Shown in pieces: positions 46,344-55,750 of a stretch of DNA of 64,000 bases (positions are counted from its first letter, which is position 1; each line of letters opens with the position of its first letter). The position numbers were made by a program, and so were the translations under genes. The notes beneath the pieces are model-generated. The model was not told the DNA's origin. It did not search any database and saw only the letters and a program-made list of their open reading frames with translations. The stretch is taken from the NCBI GenBank assembly GCA_964454675.1, contig CAYVUB010000008.1:15250-79249 (forward strand), in the 5' to 3' direction. Source of the DNA: an uncultured Flavobacteriaceae bacterium (GTDB lineage: Bacteria; Bacteroidota; Bacteroidia; Flavobacteriales; Flavobacteriaceae).

Positions 46344-47372
46344 ATGGCATATCAAAAAACATACAAACGTCCGTTTTTTGCACTAAGCATTATCCTGGTG
46401 GTATGTTTTTTTGTGAACATAAGTTTTGGCTCGGTAGCGATACCGGCAAAAGAAATTTTCAAGAGTTTATTTGGCACAATTGATAACACATCGTGGCAAT
46501 ACATCATTCATCATTACAGATTGCCTAAGGCTTTTACGGCAATTCTTGCAGGTTCGGGATTGGGAATTTCAGGATTATTAATGCAAACGCTTTTCCGTAA
46601 TCCATTAGCAGGACCTTATGTTTTGGGCATCAGTTCGGGAGCAAGCCTGGGAGTTGCCATCGTTATTCTGGGTGCAGGCATTTCGGGAAGTATTCTATCT
46701 GCTTTGCTTATTTCAAAATGGAGTTTGGTAATTGCCGCATGCCTTGGAAGCTTTATGGTGTTACTGGCGGTGTTGGCAATTTCCAATAAAGTGAGAGATA
46801 CCATGGCAATACTCATCATCGGGTTGATGTTTGGCAGTATTACCACAGCCATAGTAAGTGTGTTGTCGTATTTTAGCACGGCACAAAAATTACAACAGTA
46901 TATTTTTTGGGGATTTGGCAGTTTGGGCAATTTATCATGGTACGAGCTGCTCATTTTTACGTTGGTCTATGGTTTGGGATTGCTGCTGAGCATTGCTTCC
47001 ATCAAGAGTTTGAATACCTTGTTGCTTGGCGAAAATTACGCCCGAAGTTTAGGCTTAAACATCAAAAAGAGCAGAATGATTGTCATTCTGGCTACCAGCT
47101 TATTGGCAGGAACCATTACCGCTTTTGCCGGACCAATTGCGTTTATCGGGTTGGCTATTCCGCATTTAACACGGCAGATTTTTACCACATCCAACCATAA
47201 ACTATTACTTCCTGCCGTATTGTTATTTGGCGCTATCATTATGCTTATTTGCGATACCATTGCCCAATTACCGGGAAGCGATTACACATTGCCTGTCAAT
47301 GCCATAACATCACTCGTAGGCGCACCGGTGGTGATTTGGTTACTGGTACGAAAACGTAAAATGGTGTTTTAG
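46344..47372 (+). CDS. FecCD-family ABC permease (BtuC-like)
   Basis: 342 aa, polytopic. GLLMQTLFRNPLAGPYVLGISSGASLG. Confidence 0.85.
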   Translation: MAYQKTYKRPFFALSIILVVCFFVNISFGSVAIPAKEIFKSLFGTIDNTSWQYIIHHYRLPKAFTAILAGSGLGISGLLMQTLFRNPLAGPYVLGISSGASLGVAIVILGAGISGSILSALLISKWSLVIAACLGSFMVLLAVLAISNKVRDTMAILIIGLMFGSITTAIVSVLSYFSTAQKLQQYIFWGFGSLGNLSWYELLIFTLVYGLGLLLSIASIKSLNTLLLGENYARSLGLNIKKSRMIVILATSLLAGTITAFAGPIAFIGLAIPHLTRQIFTTSNHKLLLPAVLLFGAIIMLICDTIAQLPGSDYTLPVNAITSLVGAPVVIWLLVRKRKMVF

Positions 47373-47502
47373 ATTTGATGAATAGTATTTAGTAATTAGT
47401 ATTGAGTATAATTTGATAAAATTGACACTCTTGACACATATCGGTACAAGCCGGAATGCACCCAAAACCTGAAGCCTGAAACAACAGAAACAACAACCTA
47501 TA

Positions 47503-48297
47503 ATGAACAAAAGCGAAGAGCATATTACCCTTAAAACTGAAAATCTCTCAATAGGATATTCGTCCAAAAAGCATACAACAGTTGTTGCTTCGGGGATTTC
47601 TTTTGAATTGTATAAAGGGCAACTCGTGGGGCTTGCAGGTGCAAACGGCATCGGGAAATCTACCTTGCTGCGCACGCTTACCAAAGTACAGAATGCGTTG
47701 CAGGGTGATGTGTTTATCAACCAAAAAAATAGCAAAACCATAACAGCTATTGACATGGCAAAATCCCTGAGTCTGGTACTTACAGAACCTGTAGCTTCAA
47801 AAAATATGTCGGTTTTTGAGCTTGTAAGTCTGGGCAGACAGCCTTATACCGATTGGATTGGCAATATGACTACCGATGATATTGTGAGTATTGAAAACGC
47901 TATTGAACTTACCGGAATACAAGCCATAAAAACCAAAAAATGCTACGAACTGAGCGACGGACAATTACAAAAAGTGATGATTGCCCGCGCACTGGCGCAA
48001 GATACCGATATTATTATTCTTGATGAACCTACAACACATCTTGACCTGTACCACAAAGCTTATATTTTAAAACTGCTGCAAAAACTGGCAACAGAGACAC
48101 AAAAAACCATATTATTTTCGTCGCACGAAATTGATTTAGCCATCCAATTATGTGACAGAATGCTTGTAATGACCGATGATACCGTGATTATCGGTGAACC
48201 TCAGGAATTGATTACAAAAGGTGTTTTCAATAAATTATTCCCCGAAAATCTGATTGAATTTGACAACCAAACACATCGGTTTAAAATCAAAAATTAA
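47503..48297 (+). CDS. ABC transporter ATP-binding protein (BtuD/FepC-like)
   Basis: Walker A GANGIGKST, signature LSDGQLQKVMIARAL, Walker B IIILDEPTTHLD. Confidence 0.85.
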   Translation: MNKSEEHITLKTENLSIGYSSKKHTTVVASGISFELYKGQLVGLAGANGIGKSTLLRTLTKVQNALQGDVFINQKNSKTITAIDMAKSLSLVLTEPVASKNMSVFELVSLGRQPYTDWIGNMTTDDIVSIENAIELTGIQAIKTKKCYELSDGQLQKVMIARALAQDTDIIILDEPTTHLDLYHKAYILKLLQKLATETQKTILFSSHEIDLAIQLCDRMLVMTDDTVIIGEPQELITKGVFNKLFPENLIEFDNQTHRFKIKN

Positions 48298-48320
48298 ATA
48301 TCTTTACCCAAAACAACATC

Positions 48321-49643
48321 ATGCCGGAAATTCTCATTTATAGTATCATCATCGTTATTGGCTTAATCGGCGGCGGCTGGATAGGCTTTACCTTTAGTAG
48401 CCTTAAATCAAAATCCCGCGAAAGTGCTTTGGAAGAACGTGTACGGCTGGCTCTGGAAAATGAAACTAAAATCAATGAGCGCATTGCCATAGCCGAAAAC
48501 GAGAAAGAAAACATCCGCAGAGAAAAAGAAGAACTGGCAATTGCCTTCACACAAAAAAATGCCGATTTTGAAAATTTACACCTGCGTAATGAAGAGCAAA
48601 AAGCCGAAGTAGAAAAACTGCAGGAAAAATTTCAGAAAGAATTTGAAAACCTCGCCAATAAGATTTTTGAAGAAAAATCGGAAAAATTTACGGCAAAAAA
48701 CAAAGAGAATATAGATGACATCCTCAAACCGTTACAGGAAAAAATCCAACATTTTGAAAAACGTGTAGAAGAAACCAATAAAGAAAACATTGACAGAAGT
48801 GCACAGCTGCGCCAGCAAATCATAGGCCTTAAAGAACTCAACGAAAAAATAACCAAAGAAGCCAATAACCTTACCAAAGCGTTGAAAGGTGACACCAAAA
48901 TGCAGGGAAACTGGGGCGAAATGGTACTGGAACGCGTGCTCGAACGCAGCGGGCTCAACAAAGACAGCGAGTATTTTGTACAGCAAAGTTTTAATACCGA
49001 AGACGGCAGGCGTGTTATGCCCGATGTGATTATCCATCTGCCAGGAAACAAAAAAATGATTATCGACTCAAAAGTTTCGCTGGTTGCCTACGAGCGTTAT
49101 GTAAATGAAGTTGACGAAACCGAAAAACCGGTTCATCTCAAAAACCATTTAATTTCCATTCGTACCAGAGTAAAAGAATTGGGCGAAAAAAATTACCAGA
49201 CACTTTATGATGAAAGCCCCGATTTTGTATTGTTATTCATCCCGATAGAATCGGCTTTTGCCATTGCCTCTATGGAATATCCTCATCTTTACGGCGATGC
49301 GTTTGAAAAAAACATCATCATCGTGACACCTACAACATTGCTTGCGGTTCTTAAAACCATTGACAGCATGTGGCAAAACGAAAAACAAAAAGCCAACGCT
49401 GTAGAAATAGCCACACAAGCCGGTGCATTATACGACTCGTTTGTAAACCTGACCGACGAACTCATAAAAGTTGGAAACCAGATAGGCACGGTTCAAAAAA
49501 GTTATGAAGGCGCCATGAAAAAGCTTACCGGAAAAGGTAATCTGGTATCACGTGTGGAAAAACTCAAAAAATTAGGTGTAAAAGCCGGCAAGCAAATGAA
49601 TGAAAACCTTTTAAAACGTGCCGAAGAAGATAGCGACATGTAA
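48321..49643 (+). CDS. rmuC: DNA recombination protein RmuC
   Basis: 440 aa. N-terminal TM segment, long coiled coil, C-terminal RmuC nuclease-like domain (VIIHLPGNKKMIIDSKVSL). Confidence 0.8.
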   Translation: MPEILIYSIIIVIGLIGGGWIGFTFSSLKSKSRESALEERVRLALENETKINERIAIAENEKENIRREKEELAIAFTQKNADFENLHLRNEEQKAEVEKLQEKFQKEFENLANKIFEEKSEKFTAKNKENIDDILKPLQEKIQHFEKRVEETNKENIDRSAQLRQQIIGLKELNEKITKEANNLTKALKGDTKMQGNWGEMVLERVLERSGLNKDSEYFVQQSFNTEDGRRVMPDVIIHLPGNKKMIIDSKVSLVAYERYVNEVDETEKPVHLKNHLISIRTRVKELGEKNYQTLYDESPDFVLLFIPIESAFAIASMEYPHLYGDAFEKNIIIVTPTTLLAVLKTIDSMWQNEKQKANAVEIATQAGALYDSFVNLTDELIKVGNQIGTVQKSYEGAMKKLTGKGNLVSRVEKLKKLGVKAGKQMNENLLKRAEEDSDM

Positions 49644-49682
49644 TACTTTGCTTCTAACTTTACCCACATCAATATTTTGGTA

Positions 49683-50075
49683 ATGAAACACATTCAGCTT
49701 ATACAAACAATTCTTTATGTCAGCGACCAGCAGGCGAGTACAGATTTTTACACAAAATTATTCCGTAAAAATCCGGATTTAAATGTTCCCGGAATGACAG
49801 AATTTAAACTTGCCGAAAACTGTAAACTGGGATTAATGCCAAATAACGGAATTGCAAAGATTCTTTCTAATAAAACACCACATCCTAACCAAGGAAACGG
49901 AATACCAAGATGCGAACTTTATTTTTATGTTGAAAATATCAAACTTGAATTTGAAAATGCAACAAAAATTGGAGCAAAACTTATAAGTCCTATAAAAAAC
50001 CGTGATTGGGGTGACAAGGTTTGCTATTTTGCCGATATTGACGGACACATCATTGCTTTTGCCGAAAAATTCTGA
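49683..50075 (+). CDS. VOC/glyoxalase-family protein
   Basis: About 130 aa with the beta-alpha-beta-beta-beta pattern, ending in DIDGHIIAF. Confidence 0.6.
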   Translation: MKHIQLIQTILYVSDQQASTDFYTKLFRKNPDLNVPGMTEFKLAENCKLGLMPNNGIAKILSNKTPHPNQGNGIPRCELYFYVENIKLEFENATKIGAKLISPIKNRDWGDKVCYFADIDGHIIAFAEKF

Positions 50076-50120
50076 AAGCAAATCAAATTTATAAAATATT
50101 ATTCAGAAGCAAGCCCAAAT

Positions 50121-50158
50121 AAAAAACTTCCACCGGATAGCATCTGACGGAAGTTTTT
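50121..50158. terminator. Bidirectional terminator between the VOC gene and acs
   Basis: Stem AACTTCC / GGAAGTT flanked by A6 and T5. Confidence 0.55.
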
Positions 50159-50179
50159 ATCTTTCTAAAAACAACAAAT

Positions 50180-52090
50180 TTACTCTATTCTGTTGTTTTT
50201 TATTTCATCAACAATTTCGGGGTTTAACAATGTAGAAGTATCCCCGAAGCTGGAGAAATCACCTTCGGCTATTTTTCTTAAAATACGGCGCATGATTTTG
50301 CCTGAGCGTGTTTTGGGCAATCCCGATACAAACTGCATTTTGTCTAATTTTGCAATAGGCCCTATTTGATCGGCAACCAATTGGTTGATTTCTTTTCTTA
50401 AATTATTCTGGTCTCTGCTTTCGCCTCGTTCTTTAAGAATAATGAATCCGTAAAGGGCATTTCCTTTAATATCATGAGGGTATCCTACAATCGCGCTTTC
50501 GGCAACAGCAGGATGCTCATTGATAGAATCTTCAATAGGTGCCGTACCAAGATTATGTCCGGATACAATGACCACATCATCCATACGTCCTGTAATACGG
50601 TAGTAGCCTACTTCGTCACGCAATGCCCCGTCACCGGTAAAATATTTACCCGGGAAAGCCGTAAAATAGGTTTCTTTATAACGTTGATGATCACCCCATA
50701 TAGTACGTGCAATTCCCGGCCATGCAAATTTAATACACAGACTGCCGACAACCTGGTTACCTTCTATTTCGTTACGTTTCTCATCCATCAATACAGGCTG
50801 GATTCCCGGTAACGGCAATGATGCATAGGTGGGTTTTGTAGGTGTAATGAATGGTAATGGCGAGATCATAATACCGCCGGTTTCTGTTTGCCACCATGTA
50901 TCAACCAGCGGACTCGTTTTTCTTCCTACATGGTCGTTGTACCAGTGCCATGCTTCTTCATTGATAGGTTCGCCCACAGAACCGATGACTTTTAATGATG
51001 ATAAATTGTATTTGTCCACCCAATCCAGATTTTCTTTTGCTAATGCTCTGATAGCCGTAGGTGCTGTATAAAACTGTGTTACTTTGTGCTTGTCTATCAC
51101 GTCCCAAAAGCGTCCAAAATCGGGATAAGAAGGAATTCCTTCAAACAATACGGTAGTTGCCCCGTTTAACAACGGACCATAAACAATATAAGAATGTCCC
51201 GTAATCCAACCTATATCTGCCGTACACCAGTAAATATCATTTTCTTCGTAATTAAATACATTTTTAAACGTGTAACCTGTGTAAACCATATAACCTGCCG
51301 TGGTATGCAGCATTCCTTTTGGTTTTCCTGTAGAACCCGAAGTGTAAAGAATGAACAGCGGGTCTTCGGCATCCATAATTTCTGCAACGTGGTCTGGTGC
51401 TGCTTTATCCAGTAGCGGTTGTATAAAAGCATCTCTGCCGTCCTGCATGTTTACTTCGGTATTTGTACGTTTTACCACCAATACTTTTTGTACACCCGAC
51501 GTAGATTTTAATGCCTCATCAACAATGGATTTTAAAGCCACTGTTTTGTTACCTCTGTAGCCTCCATCGGCAGTTATAACCAATTTGCAATCGCAATCAT
51601 TAATACGGGTTTCGACTGCTTTTGCCGAAAATCCGGCAAATATTACCGAGTGTACGGCACCTATTCTGGCGCAAGCCAAAACAGCTACGGCAAGCTCGGG
51701 AATCATGGGCAGATAAATGCATACCCTGTCGCCTTTGTTAATTCCTTGTTCTTTGAGCACATTTGCCATTTTGCAAACTCTTTCGTAAAGTTCGTTGTAT
51801 GTGATATGCAAAGCTGCTTCATCCGGGTTATTGGGTTCAAAAATAATGGCTGTTTTAGTACCTCGTTTTGCCAAATGCCTGTCAACACAATTTTTCACGA
51901 TGTTCACTTTTGCATTTACAAACCATTTGAATCTGGCTTCTTTCATATCTATGTCAAAAACTTTATCCCATTTTTGATACCAGGTAAAATTTTCGCCGGC
52001 TACTCTATCCCAGAATTTTCTGGGTTCTCTAACCGATTTGTTGTACATCTTAAAATAGTGTTCTAAGCTTTTAACCTTGTAGTAACTCAT
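50180..52090 (-). CDS. acs: Acetyl-CoA synthetase
   Basis: 636 aa. AMP-binding motif YTSGSTGKPKG and C-terminal PKTRSGKIMRR. Confidence 0.95.
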   Translation of the reverse strand: MSYYKVKSLEHYFKMYNKSVREPRKFWDRVAGENFTWYQKWDKVFDIDMKEARFKWFVNAKVNIVKNCVDRHLAKRGTKTAIIFEPNNPDEAALHITYNELYERVCKMANVLKEQGINKGDRVCIYLPMIPELAVAVLACARIGAVHSVIFAGFSAKAVETRINDCDCKLVITADGGYRGNKTVALKSIVDEALKSTSGVQKVLVVKRTNTEVNMQDGRDAFIQPLLDKAAPDHVAEIMDAEDPLFILYTSGSTGKPKGMLHTTAGYMVYTGYTFKNVFNYEENDIYWCTADIGWITGHSYIVYGPLLNGATTVLFEGIPSYPDFGRFWDVIDKHKVTQFYTAPTAIRALAKENLDWVDKYNLSSLKVIGSVGEPINEEAWHWYNDHVGRKTSPLVDTWWQTETGGIMISPLPFITPTKPTYASLPLPGIQPVLMDEKRNEIEGNQVVGSLCIKFAWPGIARTIWGDHQRYKETYFTAFPGKYFTGDGALRDEVGYYRITGRMDDVVIVSGHNLGTAPIEDSINEHPAVAESAIVGYPHDIKGNALYGFIILKERGESRDQNNLRKEINQLVADQIGPIAKLDKMQFVSGLPKTRSGKIMRRILRKIAEGDFSSFGDTSTLLNPEIVDEIKNNRIE

Positions 52091-52148
52091 AATCGTTTTA
52101 TTATAATGAACTAATTTAGCAAATAATATGTTATATCCTAATCAAAAT

Positions 52149-52200
52149 AATATCGTATTAATAGCCGATATATTAAATTATCGTTTAATTTTACGATATT
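52149..52200. promoter_or_regulatory. Array of four half-sites forming two tandem palindromes A(A/T)TATCG-N10-CGATAT(A/T) between acs and the SatD-like gene
   Basis: AATATCG 52149-52155, CGATATA 52066+100 (52166-52172), ATTATCG 52177-52183, CGATATT 52194-52200. The last half-site overlaps a near -7 box GATATTTG. Confidence 0.55.
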
Positions 52201-52219
52201 TGAATAAATTTTTTAACAG

Positions 52220-52837
52220 ATGACAAGTATAATTACCGGAGATATTATAAAATCAGGGGATTTAAAACACCCGAATATATGGCTGGATGCATTGAAAACT
52301 TCTTTGTCTTATTTAAACAAAGACAATAGCTATTGGGAATTGTACAGAGGTGATGGTTTTCAAATAGAAATTAAAGATATACGCAAAAGTTTTGAAGCTG
52401 TTATTTACATAAAAGCTTCGTTAAAATGCAACAAACATCTGGATGCGCGTATATCTGTAGGTATTGGCAAAAAGTCGTTTACAGGAGAAACCATTGCAGA
52501 ATCCAACGGGGAAGTTTTTCAGTTTTCGGGAGAAACTCTGGAACAATTAAAAAAAGAAAAAGTCAATTTGAAAATCAAAACCAAAAACCCTGAACTGGAT
52601 AAAGAGCTTAACCTGTACTTCAAACTTGCTTTGGTCATTATGGATAACTGGTCTTCAAAAACTGCCGAAATAGTAAAACTGTATTTGGAAAACCCCGATG
52701 CCAAACAAGAAGATTTGGGAAAAATGACAGGTATCACACAAAATACTGTAAGCGAACGGCAAAAACGTGCCTATCTCAACGAAATTTTAGAATTGAATAC
52801 CATCTATAAAGAAAAAATAAGTACATTACTGTCATGA
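52220..52837 (+). CDS. SatD-like protein: nucleotide-cyclase/palm-like N-terminal domain plus C-terminal HTH
   Basis: 205 aa. ITGDIIKS, YRGDGFQI and ARISVGIG resemble a class III cyclase-type fold. C-terminal EDLGKMTGITQNTVSERQKRA is an HTH. Family assignment is from memory of the SatD/DUF3307 pairing. Confidence 0.5.
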   Translation: MTSIITGDIIKSGDLKHPNIWLDALKTSLSYLNKDNSYWELYRGDGFQIEIKDIRKSFEAVIYIKASLKCNKHLDARISVGIGKKSFTGETIAESNGEVFQFSGETLEQLKKEKVNLKIKTKNPELDKELNLYFKLALVIMDNWSSKTAEIVKLYLENPDAKQEDLGKMTGITQNTVSERQKRAYLNEILELNTIYKEKISTLLS

Positions 52838-53550
52838 TATTACTCACAAAACTCATACTGGCACACCTTATCGGCGATTTTTTCCTCCAACCGCAATCGT
52901 GGGTTGAAGATAAGGAAGTGCAAAAATTAAAATCACCAAAACTATACATTCATATAGCTATACATATTGCGCTGTTATTTATTTTGATTTGGGATATGTC
53001 GCTTTGGGGTATGATTTTAACCATTGGAATATCACATTACATCATTGATGCTTTAAAACTTGTATTTCAAAACAAGAAAAACAGGCGGCTTTTATTTTTT
53101 ATTGACCAGCTATTACATTTTGCCATGATTTTTACAGCTTACTCTTGCTTTACAGATTCCCGGTTTTCAATAGATGCTTTTGTAACGCAGCAAAGTATGT
53201 TGCTATTGGTTTGCCTGTTATTTTTAACGCTACCGGTGTCTGTTGTCATGAAAGTAATCTTCTTAAAATGGGATGTTTCAAAAATTACTAACGGTAAAAA
53301 ATCGCTTAAAGATGCCGGAAATTACATAGGAATCTTAGAGCGATTGTTAGTATTTGTTTTTGTGATTTTAGGCAGATGGGAAGCCGTCGGGTTTTTAATC
53401 ACGGCAAAGTCTGTATTCAGATTCGGAGATTTGACTGCTTCCAAACGACGAAAACTTACCGAGTATGTCTTGATAGGCACATTAATCAGTTTTGGAATCG
53501 CCATTTTAACAGGGTTGATTTATTTGGCGGTTGCTCAAAATTTGGCATAA
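52834..53550 (+). CDS. DUF3307-like polytopic membrane protein
   Basis: 238 aa. N-terminal AHLIGDFFLQPQ motif. 4-nt overlap with the upstream gene. Confidence 0.55.
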   Translation: MILLTKLILAHLIGDFFLQPQSWVEDKEVQKLKSPKLYIHIAIHIALLFILIWDMSLWGMILTIGISHYIIDALKLVFQNKKNRRLLFFIDQLLHFAMIFTAYSCFTDSRFSIDAFVTQQSMLLLVCLLFLTLPVSVVMKVIFLKWDVSKITNGKKSLKDAGNYIGILERLLVFVFVILGRWEAVGFLITAKSVFRFGDLTASKRRKLTEYVLIGTLISFGIAILTGLIYLAVAQNLA

Positions 53551-53552
53551 AA

Positions 53553-53579
53553 AAGAGGTTACTGATATAGTAACCTCTT
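53553..53579. terminator. Bidirectional terminator hairpin AAGAGGTTAC-N7-GTAACCTCTT
   Basis: Perfect 10-bp stem flanked by A/T runs. Confidence 0.65.
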
Positions 53580-53601
53580 ATATGTTTTTATAAAAACAAA
53601 T

Positions 53602-54414
53602 TTATTGCTTCACAAAACGTTTGGTTTGTGTTCCACTGTCTGACGATACACGCATCAAATACACGCCGGTATTCCATTTTGAAACATCAAAGGTTGAGCT
53701 TATCGAACTTAGGCTTTTGGTCATTATTTTCTTTCCTAACACATCAAACACATCCAGTTTCACATTTGCAGCACCATTAGGTAAACTGATGGTTATTTTT
53801 GATTTTGAAGGATTTGGAGAGATTTTGAAATCGTTTAAAGCAATATCTTGATTGCTTAATGTTAATGCTTGCGCGGTTGCTCCTTTATTGCTATAACCAT
53901 GGTAATCTAATTCAAATGAATCAAACTGACCTTTTGCCCAAATCAAAATTAAAGCCGAAGCTTCTGAAGAAAACACATAATCATTAGGGTTTCCTGTATT
54001 GGGAAGCCTTGTTGCAACCAATGTTCTTACATTACCGGAAACTTCATTGGTTACAACAGTCCAATCTTGAATAGCATCTAAAGAAGGAACATACCCCCAA
54101 GCGATATCTCCCGGACTATGAAAGTCTGTTCCATAATATCTATCTGTAAGTGTGGTGCCATCAAAAATAACCACATCATCACCGGCTGTCATATAAAAAG
54201 GCTGTGTTGTTGAGCGGAAGCTCAAGCCCAACCAGCGGTCTGCCGGACCAACCATTGTTAAGGTCACTAAAGTTGATGTGACATCAACTCTGGCAGAATA
54301 TTCTAAGTCTTCTGCATCGGACAACAACACCATTCCCGTAGAATAGGTTTGGGAAAATATTGATGTTGATAGAGTCATAAAAAAACCAAATAAAGCAAGT
54401 GTAATTTTTTTCAT
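53602..54414 (-). CDS. Secreted DOMON-like domain protein with T9SS type A C-terminal sorting domain
   Basis: 270 aa with a signal peptide. DOMON-like WLGLSF...DVVIFDG...IWAKG. C-terminal KLDVFDVLGKKI...GVYLMRVSSDSGTQTKRFVKQ. Confidence 0.75.
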   Translation of the reverse strand: MKKITLALFGFFMTLSTSIFSQTYSTGMVLLSDAEDLEYSARVDVTSTLVTLTMVGPADRWLGLSFRSTTQPFYMTAGDDVVIFDGTTLTDRYYGTDFHSPGDIAWGYVPSLDAIQDWTVVTNEVSGNVRTLVATRLPNTGNPNDYVFSSEASALILIWAKGQFDSFELDYHGYSNKGATAQALTLSNQDIALNDFKISPNPSKSKITISLPNGAANVKLDVFDVLGKKIMTKSLSSISSTFDVSKWNTGVYLMRVSSDSGTQTKRFVKQ

Positions 54415-54419
54415 GTGTA

Positions 54420-54944
54420 TTAATTTTTATTCAAAAGTAATATTATATCTTCATTTTTTGTCATTTCAGCATAATCCATTGCTGTTTTTTCTCTGTAATC
54501 TTTGGCAGTTGTATCTGCATTGGCGTTTACCAGCAGCCTTACAGTCTCTGCGTCATTCATCATCACGGCATAATGTAACGGTGTTGTGCCGTTTGTATCT
54601 GCTATATCCGGGTTTGCTCCTGCTTTTAATAATACCCGGACAATTTCTTTTCTGCCTTTAAAAACCGCTGCTGTCAACGGTGTACCGTATTTGCTGTTTC
54701 CATTAATACTGTTAACCTTATCTATTAAAAAAAGAGCAACATCAATATTACCATTATAAGCTGCCAAAGTCAGAGGCTTATAACCATGCTCGTTAACGGC
54801 ATTGATGGTATCAGCATTGATACTCATTAATGCTTTGAGTTCTTCAACACTGCCTGAGCGTGCCACATCAAAAATGTTTTTTTGAGAAAACATCATCAAC
54901 GGCATCAACAAATATCCTGATAGAAAGAGATACTTTAGGTTCAT
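54420..54944 (-). CDS. Ankyrin-repeat protein with signal peptide
   Basis: 174 aa. Repeats GYKPLTLAAYNGNIDVALFLI, GTPLTAAVFKGRKEIVRVLLKAGANPD and GTTPLHYAVMMNDAETVRLLV. Confidence 0.85.
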   Translation of the reverse strand: MNLKYLFLSGYLLMPLMMFSQKNIFDVARSGSVEELKALMSINADTINAVNEHGYKPLTLAAYNGNIDVALFLIDKVNSINGNSKYGTPLTAAVFKGRKEIVRVLLKAGANPDIADTNGTTPLHYAVMMNDAETVRLLVNANADTTAKDYREKTAMDYAEMTKNEDIILLLNKN

Positions 54945-55021
54945 TAGATAGATTTGACTTTCAACATGGCTAAAGTAATACTAATTAACCACATACGGTT
55001 GCAGTTCATCGAATAAATGTG

Positions 55022-55123
55022 TTATTTACTCAAATACATCTTGCGACGGGAATAAAGCTCGTAAAACTCATCGTCTTTTAAACTGTCGATAACCAAAATG
55101 CTTTCGCCTGTACTTTTCATTTC
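55022..55123 (-). pseudogene. Displaced 3'-terminal fragment of a carB allele (encodes ...EMKSTGESILVIDSLKDDEFYELYSRRKMYLSK*)
   Basis: By hand alignment, about 88% nucleotide identity (about 12 mismatches in 102, no indels) to the genuine carB 3' end at 55751-55852. The differences are mostly synonymous. Confidence 0.8.
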
Positions 55124-55171
55124 GGTATCTCTTTGTGTTTTATGCTTTTATTTTTTTATTACATTTGTAAT

Positions 55172-55399
55172 ATGAGTACAGTAGAATTAAAAAATAAAAT
55201 TCAAGGTTTTTTAGAACAGGCAGATGAACGTATCCTGAATATTGTAAACAGTGTTTTTGAAAACTACTACCAACAAGAGCAAGTCGCCTTTCATCCTGAC
55301 GGAACTCCTATGTCCAGAAAGGAATATAAAGATGCTCTTGATATTGCAGAAAAGCAGATTAAAGAAGGAGATTATATTTCTGTAGAAGATTTTGAATAA
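55172..55399 (+). CDS. Putative antitoxin of a type II TA pair
   Basis: 75 aa, acidic, immediately upstream (12-nt gap) of a RelE/ParE-like toxin. Start placed at ATG 55172. Confidence 0.6.
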   Translation: MSTVELKNKIQGFLEQADERILNIVNSVFENYYQQEQVAFHPDGTPMSRKEYKDALDIAEKQIKEGDYISVEDFE

Positions 55400-55411
55400 T
55401 TCGGAACTGCA

Positions 55412-55693
55412 ATGCCTGAAAAAGTTCGTAAAGTTGTTTGGACACGTCAAGCCAGAGAATCTCTGACAGCTATTTTAGAATACCGATATGCCGAAATCCC
55501 TTCTGCATATAAAATTGTGCGGACTGATATTATTCAGGCATCCAAAAATATTGTGTTTTCTCAACAATTTCAAAAAGATGATATTTTCCCCGAATACAGA
55601 AGGGTTATTGTGAGGGACTATAAAATTTTGTACAAAGAGGTAGATGCTGTTGTTTATGTTTTAAATGTTGTTTGCACAAAGGCCGGCAGTTAG
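55412..55693 (+). CDS. RelE/ParE-family type II toxin
   Basis: 93 aa. Pattern ...YRRVIVRDYKILYKEVDAVVYVLNV is typical of ParE/RelE plasmid-stabilisation toxins. Confidence 0.7.
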   Translation: MPEKVRKVVWTRQARESLTAILEYRYAEIPSAYKIVRTDIIQASKNIVFSQQFQKDDIFPEYRRVIVRDYKILYKEVDAVVYVLNVVCTKAGS

Positions 55694-55750
55694 GTACTCT
55701 ACAAAAGATTCTCCTGCTATTCTGACACTTCGGGGATTTAACTTCGCAAC

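Noticed and set aside
47373-47502. 130-nt gap inside the BtuFCD-like operon as a second riboswitch or sRNA.
   Set aside because: It contains only AT-rich tandem oligomers of the spacer family plus a purine-rich stretch. No B12-box or other conserved RNA core is present.
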